Positions 27,101 through 36,100 of a stretch of DNA of 64,000 nucleotides are shown here, in pieces. A program made the position numbers and the translations under genes. Source of the stretch: Eledone cirrhosa (Eukaryota); the NCBI GenBank assembly GCA_964016885.1, contig OZ024748.1:29202001-29266000 (forward strand), read 5' to 3'. The notes below the pieces were generated by a model, which worked only from the letters and a program-made list of their open reading frames with translations, was not told the DNA's origin and ran no database searches. Each line of letters begins with the position of its first letter. The first letter of the stretch is position 1.

Positions 27101-30100
27101 GTGTGACTAAGTGAATGGCTTCCTGTAATTAAGGGGTGTGCCTTGGTGTGACTTGTGGGTTCAGTTTGGTAGTTAGTATCACTAATTCCACCCTCAAATT
27201 AGAGCAGTTAGCATTACTAATTCTACCTCTCAAAGTACAGTAGTTAGTATCACTAACTCCACCCTGAAACTATTGTAGTTAGTATCACTAACTCCACCCT
27301 GAAACTACAGTAGTTAGTATCACTAACTCCACTTTGAAACTAGAATTGTTAGTATCACTAGCTTCACCCTAACACTAAAATAGTTAGTATTACTGATGTC
27401 ATCATAATATTAAATTTACTCTACCTTAAAACTAATCACTAGACAGTTTGTTCATTTTGAATTGCTATATCTTCCAACAAAGGATGTAACATTAGCTGGA
27501 AATTTAAATAATGTTAGTTTTATACAGAACAGGTTTAATCTATGATATGTCTGCTGTATTATTATATTAGTCTCCCAACTCTTGTAAGATATATTATATT
27601 CATGTTTTATATAATTAATTGATTTTTGTATTGTTGACTGTTGTACATTTTGTGTTATTGCTTGTTGCCTTATTTTAGTTTGCTATTTAAAAATTATTCT
27701 CATTTCATATTGCATTTTTTCTTTTTAAATAAAACTCCATCAAATTATTTTACTAAAGAAAAGGAATATGGAGCGTTTACGTCAAAGGCATAAGAACATT
27801 CATCGGTTGAACAAATTTGTTTTAGCTCGTAAGGTTCAGAAAGATGTGAGAAAACAAGAGGAGGAAGCTATGCAATTGGACAAAGCTAGAGAAAGATTAA
27901 GGTTTGTTGAAAATTCTTTGAAACTTTAATTTTTTAGTGTAAGGTTGCATGGTTGTACGCTTAAGAAGTTCACTTTACAACTATGTAGTTTTTGATTCAG
28001 TTCATTGTACAGCACAATGGGTTAACTAAACCTCGGGTGGGCCAATGCTTTGTAAGTGAAATGTGGTAGATGAATACTATGTTAAAGCTTATCTAAAGGA
28101 TTGTTGTTGGTTTTTGGTGATAGGTTTAACTCCTCATCAGTTGATGGTGTTAAATGACATGAAAATCAGAATCTGTAAAATATATTGAGTGGTATATACA
28201 TTCTGAGTAAAATCCCGTTGAAGTCAACTCAGGTGGATAAAATAAAAGTACCAATAGAGTACTGGTGTCGATATAATCGACTTTCCCCTCCCTACGAATT
28301 GCCAGCCTTGCATCTAAATTAGAAATCCTATTTACTATGCATGTTGTTTGTTTTAATTACCTCATGGTGTATTTATTTTTAATATCTCATAATTGAGTGG
28401 GTGGTTTGAACACCATTAAAAACCTTTGACTCTACCTAGGGTCGAAGAAATTGTAGCAAGCAATGGCACTATTTTATCGTTGTGGAGTAATTTGGTCGTG
28501 CTTTGTCACTCACCAGCCCTTAGGGTTGGTGGTGTATGAATACAAAAGACGACTTCTGCCCAGCAGTTGCTTTGCACCCTTTTTCAGTTCTAGCTAGCAG
28601 TTGCACCAGCACCTCACAAGTGGCTTTCCTGGTCAATGCACCATCTTTCAAAACTACCCAGCAGTTGCGTTTTAGAGTCGTTGGCTAGCAGCTCATAATG
28701 GCTTCACTACTCTTGCGACTTTGCTCTCTAACAATGAGAGTAATTTTATTTATACGTCTTTTAGGAGATTTACCGTAACCGACAACTTGGTTCCAAAGTA
28801 CTTGCCTTTAAGAGATTTGCCATTACATGTCAGCTTTGTTACACAAAATCTCTGTACCACTTCTCACCCTTTGTACATGCACTCATGTCAAGCAAAAATA
28901 AATCTTTATTATGTTTTGAAATATGCCTTCTGTGGAACCTCGTGGTGTATTGTTTAATTTTTCCTACTCACCGCCATTGGTACACGGATGTATGGTATTT
29001 TCTAAGCTCGACCGAAGCATATTCCTAACAACAACTATAACACCAATAGTTATGACTACAACAACAGCATCACCACAGACAACACCAACTGCAACGACAA
29101 CAACAGCAGCAATAACAACAACAAAAACAAGAGCGGCAGTTATATTTTGATTTTTTCCAAGTATTTTTTTGTGATGTCTTTATATTGTTTTATACTTCTC
29201 AGGCTGGAGAGAAGAAAGCTGGAGAAAGAAAAAGTATTAAGATATAGAATGGAAAAAGAAATTCTTCAAAAGCAAAGACTGAAAGCTGAGATGATGAGGT
29301 GAGTAAATCAGAAAATATTCTTACTATACCATTATGAACTTAATGGTATCTTATTAATTATCTTTGACATTATTTAGTCAATTGAGTTAATTTACTTATT
29401 CCTCTCCCGCCTCTTGGCTACCTTTTCTATTTGTTTTGTTTATTGGTTGGTTTTGGTTGTTGGCAATAGGATCTTTTAAATAGATTTTACTGAGTGGAAA
29501 GTAGTCTGAAATGTAATTCATATGTGTGACATGATAACAACACTCAACAACATGTTATCAAATGTATAAAAATATATTGTAATGTAAATCTGTTGAAAAA
29601 ATATATAATTCTTCCTAAATTCCAAACAAAATATGTTGTTCTTCAGGTTAGAGACAATAAATCTGGAGAAAGAAAAACTATTGAGATATAGATTGGAAAG
29701 TGAACTTCTTCAAAAGGAAAGACTTAAAGCTGAGATGATGATGTGAGTAATTCAGATTATTTTCTTACTATATCATTATCAACATTTTAATTGTTTTTGA
29801 CATCATTTAGTCAATTGAGTTAATTACTTATTCCTCTCCCTCCTCTTGGCTACCTTTTCTATTTGTTTTGTTTATTGGTGGTTTTGGTTGTTGGCAATAG
29901 GATCTTCTGAATAGATTTTACTGATTGGAAAGTAGTCTGAAATGTAATTCATATGTGTGACATGACAACAGCATGTGGTTTAAGGTAATTTTCTCTGTTA
30001 AATTAGCCTTGCTGAGCTCCACAACAGGCTTCATATTCATAATGGGCTCTTTTTTCTGGCAATATTTTCTGGCTGGATGTCCTTCTTGGTGCCAACCATT

Positions 30101-33100
30101 TTAGTCACCTCTTACAACATGCAAAGATACAGAGTACTTATTTTAAACTAGATACACACAGTTTGACATGATAACTTATGTATGAAAAAATATTGTAATG
30201 AAGATGTTTAGCAGCCATAATAAACCAGTGGTAGTGGGGATCTTTGACTCAGCAGTCATCTTGCATCTTAAACAACCACTAGCTATATGTAAACTACACT
30301 GAGGAAGTATTTATGTAGTCACTCAGCCTGCTAGTAATAACAGCTAAATCTCACCATGCCACCTTAAAAAGATGAAGGATACATGTTCTGGCTGCTTATC
30401 CACTACTGCAGTTGTTTACTACTATTAACTTTATTTTGTTGTTTACTGTTCATTGTTTTTAGGCTGGAAATGAGACATTCCATGAAAAGACCTTTTGATC
30501 GAAGCAACGTACGTGAGGAAGATCTCTGGGAGGAACCTAAACGTTCCAGGATAAGCAATTCCAACAACTCCTTGAGGTTTGAACTTCCATTCCAGAATGA
30601 ATCTCAGTAAGTTATGTGTGATGAATGATAATATTTCTGTCATTGCTTTATTATTGTTTTTGTTTGGCAGTATCGGTAGAGGGGCGGACGCCATGTTTTG
30701 CAGCATAGAGTTACGTCTCTTTGCAGTCTGAGTTCAAATCCTGCTTAGGTTTAACTTTGCCTTTCATCCTTGTATATATCAATCGACTTTTGTCAAATCA
30801 GACCGACTAAACAATGTTTTCGTCGGTCTTTCCAGTTGCTAGTACTATCATTCGGTCACAACTCCAGTTAGAAGGAGTAACGTGAAATAAAGTGTCTTGC
30901 TCAAGGATATAACGCATCGTCCGGTCCAGGAATCGAACTCACAACCTCAAGATTGTGAATCCAATTCTCAAACCACTCAGCCACATGCCTTCAGTAATAA
31001 TATGGGGTCGATAAAATCAAGTACCAGTAATGCGCTGGCATAATTGCTGGCCTTGTGCCAAAAAGCAGAAACAATTACTGTTGTTATGTCTGTCATTGAT
31101 TTATTGTTACTGTTATGACATTATAAACACTCTTTTGCCTTTCTTACTTTTGTCTTGTTTTTTTCATTTCATCTCACTTTCTTGTCCTCTCAGTTACTAT
31201 GAATATGATCATATTGGTGGTGAAAGACATGTGGAACTTTATGATAGAGAAATGAAGAGAATGGAGATGGGTACTGTCCGAGATATTCGAGACAGAGAGG
31301 ACAGACAATCTGATGACCGGTCTCGAACAGATGAAAAACTTGGAAGGTAATTTTTGTTTTTCCTTTTTTTATTTTATATTTATTTATATATTTATGTGTG
31401 TGAAAGATCATATATAAATATATATAAATATACTCACTCAGAAATACGAAGTGTGTCAGAAAAGTTCCAGGACTGATGTTACAAAAGATTTATTTTGGTC
31501 ATCGTTCAGCAGTTTTGGCACCACCTTCGCGCAGACTTTCCGCATGTCCAAATCTTCAGTGAGAATCTTCCAGATGTTGTCCCGATTCATGCCCAGGTCA
31601 TTTGCCATCAGTCGAACAGTCAGCTGACGATCGCTACGCACCATCTGCCTGACGCGCTCAACGTTGATCTTAGTCCTGGTTGTTGAGGGCCTTCCGCTCC
31701 TGGGGTCATCTTCCACGTCCTCGCGTCCTTCTTTAAACCTCTTGCACCACTCAAAAACACGTGAGCGTAACATCGTCTCATTTCGATACACTTGCTGCAG
31801 CACTCCCAGTGCTTCTGACGGAGTTTTCCCCAACTGTACCAGAAACTTCCAGTTTGTTCGTTGCTCTGTCTCATTGCTTGACGACCTGAAACAGAGGACA
31901 TGTATATAAAATTAGGAAGAAAAAAGTTTGATCGCTGCAGAGAGCTAAGATTACAGTTACATACTCCAGGGGGATTACTTTGAAGGAGAAAACTCTTAGT
32001 GTGAAGTTTGGGATTGAAATAAATCTTCTGTGACATCAGTCATGGAACTTTTCTGACACACCTCGTATATATATATATATATAGACATTACTAAAGACAA
32101 GTTCAATGAGTCTCTAATGCTCACTACCTCCCAGATACCCAACAGTGACTATAAAATGATTGCTGGTGATCTTAATGGTCATGTTGGACAACATTGTGAT
32201 GGCTATGGTGGTGTCCATGGAGGTTATAGGTTTGGTACTAGAAATGAGGAAGGCTTCAGGATCCTGGAATTCTGTGATGCAAATGACCTGACTGTCTGCA
32301 ACACAAACTTCAAAAACGTTACAGTCATTTGATCACGTATAGATCAGGGGAGTACACCAGCCAGATAGACTTTATCCTGACTAGGAAACGAGGCAAAGTG
32401 TCTGTTTGAACACTAAGTCCCTCCCTCGTGAAGAATGCGCCTCCCAATATCATTTAATAGTAAGTGACCTCATAGTCAGGGCCAGACGTAATTGCCGGCA
32501 GAGAATACCTTAAGGAGAAGATTATGCTGAAATGTTGAAGGTATCTGGAATGGTGGGACATACTATGGTCACCCGGATAGTAAACCAAGTAATACAGAAT
32601 GGGGTCATACCAAATGACTAGTGTAGCAGCATCATCATCAACTATTACAAGCGCAAAGGAGACGCCCTGGATAGAGGAAACTATAGGGGTATTAAATTAG
32701 TTGACCAAATCATGAAAGTCACAGAAAGAGTTATTACTCAACTGATTAGAGACCAAATTGATCTAGATGAAATGCAATTTGGGTTTGTGCCAGGTAAAAG
32801 TACCACGCATGCTCTTTTCCTTGTACGGCAATTGAAGGAGAAGTACCTGGCTAACAGTAAACCCCTCTACTTAACTTTTGTTGACCTAGAGAAGGCCTTT
32901 GACAGAGTCCCACGCACCTTAATCTGGTGGGCTCTTAGAAAACTAGGAGTGGAAGAACAGCTTTTGAGAGCTATACAAGCCATGTATAGAGGAACAGTCA
33001 ACAAGGTTAGAATTAACGAAGAATATAGTGATGAATTTAGTGTAATGGTAGGGGTACACCAGGGTTCCGTTCTTAGCCTCCTCCTGTTTATAATTGTTCT

Positions 33101-36100
33101 ACAGGCTATAACAGAGGGGTTTAAGACTGGCTGCCCATGGGAACTTCTATATGCAGATGATCTAACACTCATAGCTGAATTTATGGCTGAACTAGAGAGG
33201 AAGTTCCAAACATGGAAGCATGGCCTAGAATCAAAAGTCCTTAGAGTCAACTTATCTAAGATTAAGATTCTAGTATGTAGAAAGGAGAATAGAGCACAGG
33301 TACCCTCTGGGAAATGGCCATGCACAGTGTGTAAGAAAGGAGTAGGTAGAAACTCCATTCTATGACCCAAATGCAAAATATGGGTGCATAAAAGATGTAG
33401 TGGGATCAGAGGTAAGCTATCTAAGAATGTAGATTTTATATGTGGCCGATGCTCAGGTACAGTAAGTAGCAAGGACCCACTGAATGATATCTCCTTCAAC
33501 TGCCTAGATGGTTCTATAGAAATAGTAGACACCTTCCGTTACCTGGATGACAAAATCAGCAGTGGAGGAGGGTGCTCTGAAAGCCAGAGTTAGAACGGGA
33601 TGGAAAAAGTTCAGAGGGCTAATACCACTGTTGGCCACAAGGGGTTTTTCTCTAAAAAGGAAAGACAGATTGTATGATGCATGTATACGAATGGCGATAT
33701 TACATGATAGTGAGACTTGGGCATTGTATTCTGAAGACCTGCATAGATTAGAAAGAAATGAAGCTTGCATGCTCCGATGGATGTGTAACATGCGCAAAAG
33801 GTGAAGCATAAACGAACTAAGAGGGAGACTAAGCATAAGAGGTATCAAATGTTGTGTTCTGGAGAGGAGATTGCGTTGGTATGGACATGTGATGCGTATG
33901 AAGGACGACAGCTGTATAAAAAAGTGCAGGGCAAGGAAAATTGATGGAAGCTGCGGAGTTGGTAGACCAAGAAAAACCTGGGACAAGGTGATAAAAACAG
34001 ACCTTGCCCACCTACACCTCTCTAAGACAATGACACTGGATCGAGACCTTTGGCGCCATGCAGTTGTACAGAAGACCCGACTACCATTGCATACAAACCT
34101 ACAGTCAGTAGGCACCTCTTAATTCAATGTTCACCCCACTCCCACACCCTACCCCACTCTCCCTCTCCCGTTCCGTCCACTGTGTCGATGACACGGTGGC
34201 CATGTAGAAGACATGGTGAAATGGCTCCCAGTCCACACTGTAAATGTGGTTGGTGTTAGGAAGGGCCTCCGGCTGTAAAAAAAACCTGCCAGAGACGCTT
34301 CCGTGCGAGCGAGACATGGTCTCCCGCAGCAAATGGAACAAAACCGTCTAACACATGCTAGCGTGGAAGATGGACGTTAAACGATGATGATGATGATGAC
34401 ATACACACATACATAACACATCCTAATGCCAACCAATTTGCAGAGTTTACTGGCTGTATTCCATCATGCTACATACACTTGTGAGGTTGTCTTGTCAACA
34501 GCAGGCTAAAAGGTACCTTCCCACTCCATGTAGTCTCCAATCTCTCACTACTTTTACTGTTATTGTTGCCATCCTTGTATCAGTGGACCTTCATCACAAT
34601 CCTGTGTCATTCCTTGATAATGTTCAGGAGATTATTCTTCACAAATTCCTCACATGTCTTACATAGTCTCTCTTTTTCATGTGTTCTATTTATTTCAAAC
34701 ATTCAACACTTTTTTTTTTATACAACCCTCGCCCTCCTTCCACATCACATGCCTGTACCAACACTAAATCCCATTCCACTTCTACTCAGCTTTTCTCTCA
34801 GCTCTCTTCTGCTCTATCATTCGGGCACACTTACATTTAACATGCAATGAATGTGTAAATCTTTATATGTACATTTATATTTGTTTATATGTATTTATAC
34901 ATATACATGCACAAAGCAAGTTTTGGAGTTGTAAATGTATACACCAACCTCTATAGAACAGTGTTGATGTATACACCAACCTTTATATAGGACAGTGTTG
35001 GTATATACACCAACCTCTATAATATGACAGTGTTGGTATATACACCAAACCCTATATAACAGTGTTGACATATACACCTATAATGAAGAACGTAAGTCGT
35101 TAGATCAGAAGGCATTAAATAGACAAACTTCATTACAAGTATGTACTTCATTTATTCTTGCTTCACACTGTGAAACTCATTTTGCCTGTATTTCCATGTG
35201 TGAGATATGACAGGATATGGCGTATCGAAGAATCGACGTTTTGACGATAGCAGTTTTTTCTGGAGACTGGTCTTCTGTCTTAACTTCCATTCTCTCGTCT
35301 AAGTAGTCCAGTTACTTGTATCGCTACGCCGAAGGTTTTGATTGGCTCACACTTCAGCCGATTTACTTCCGTAACATTTTTCTTCCGCCGAAGGAAAATA
35401 CATTTAATTACGAAGGATATATATTACTGCTACATCACCCCCTGCTTAGGCTTAAAGCCGACAGAGAAAAAAGGGTAGCAGTTGCAAGAAAGAAAAAATA
35501 TATATATAACAGTAAATATATAATAAACAATATCAATTCACAGAAAACTAAATATTCATTTCACAGGAATGTCTGCGTTTTGCTTCAGAGAAAAAGAGGA
35601 AAATAAAAAAAAAACTGAGCAGCAGAAATAGTCCAAAGTTCACATTAATTAATGCATTTAATATAAATACAAGAGAGGACAAGAACTCAAAAAGCTTGCT
35701 CTATATAGCATAGTTCATATATATAGAGTCTTGCAAAGCTTCTTGGGCCAATGTACTCGGCGACCACTACGTGTGGTGGTGACATATGTTGGTGTAGGTG
35801 GAGAAGGTGTGTGTAATGTTGCATGTGTAGCGTGTGTTGGCTGATGCAGAGTATATGTAGGGCAACCACTATAATATGACAGTGTTGATGTATCTATATA
35901 AGACTGTTGATATATACACCAACCTCTCTAAGTGTATCAAAATATCTCTTGTAGAATATGCTTCTAAACACTTTTTTGAAGTAAATTGCTAGCTTTGCAT
36001 CTGATTTAACCCTTATATTTAGGATGCCCTATGAATTCAGAAGAGATATGGGAGTAAACCAGGAAAGATATATTGGCCCTGAATCAGGACAAGGAGACTC

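Noticed and set aside
29025-29135. Thr-rich ORF 28923..29150
   Set aside because: Degenerate (ACA)n microsatellite in intron 15.
31456-31833. Domesticated or fused mariner transposase (SETMAR-like) with the host gene
   Set aside because: Antisense to the host gene, internally deleted, bounded by TIRs and TA, and not needed by the exon phase chain.
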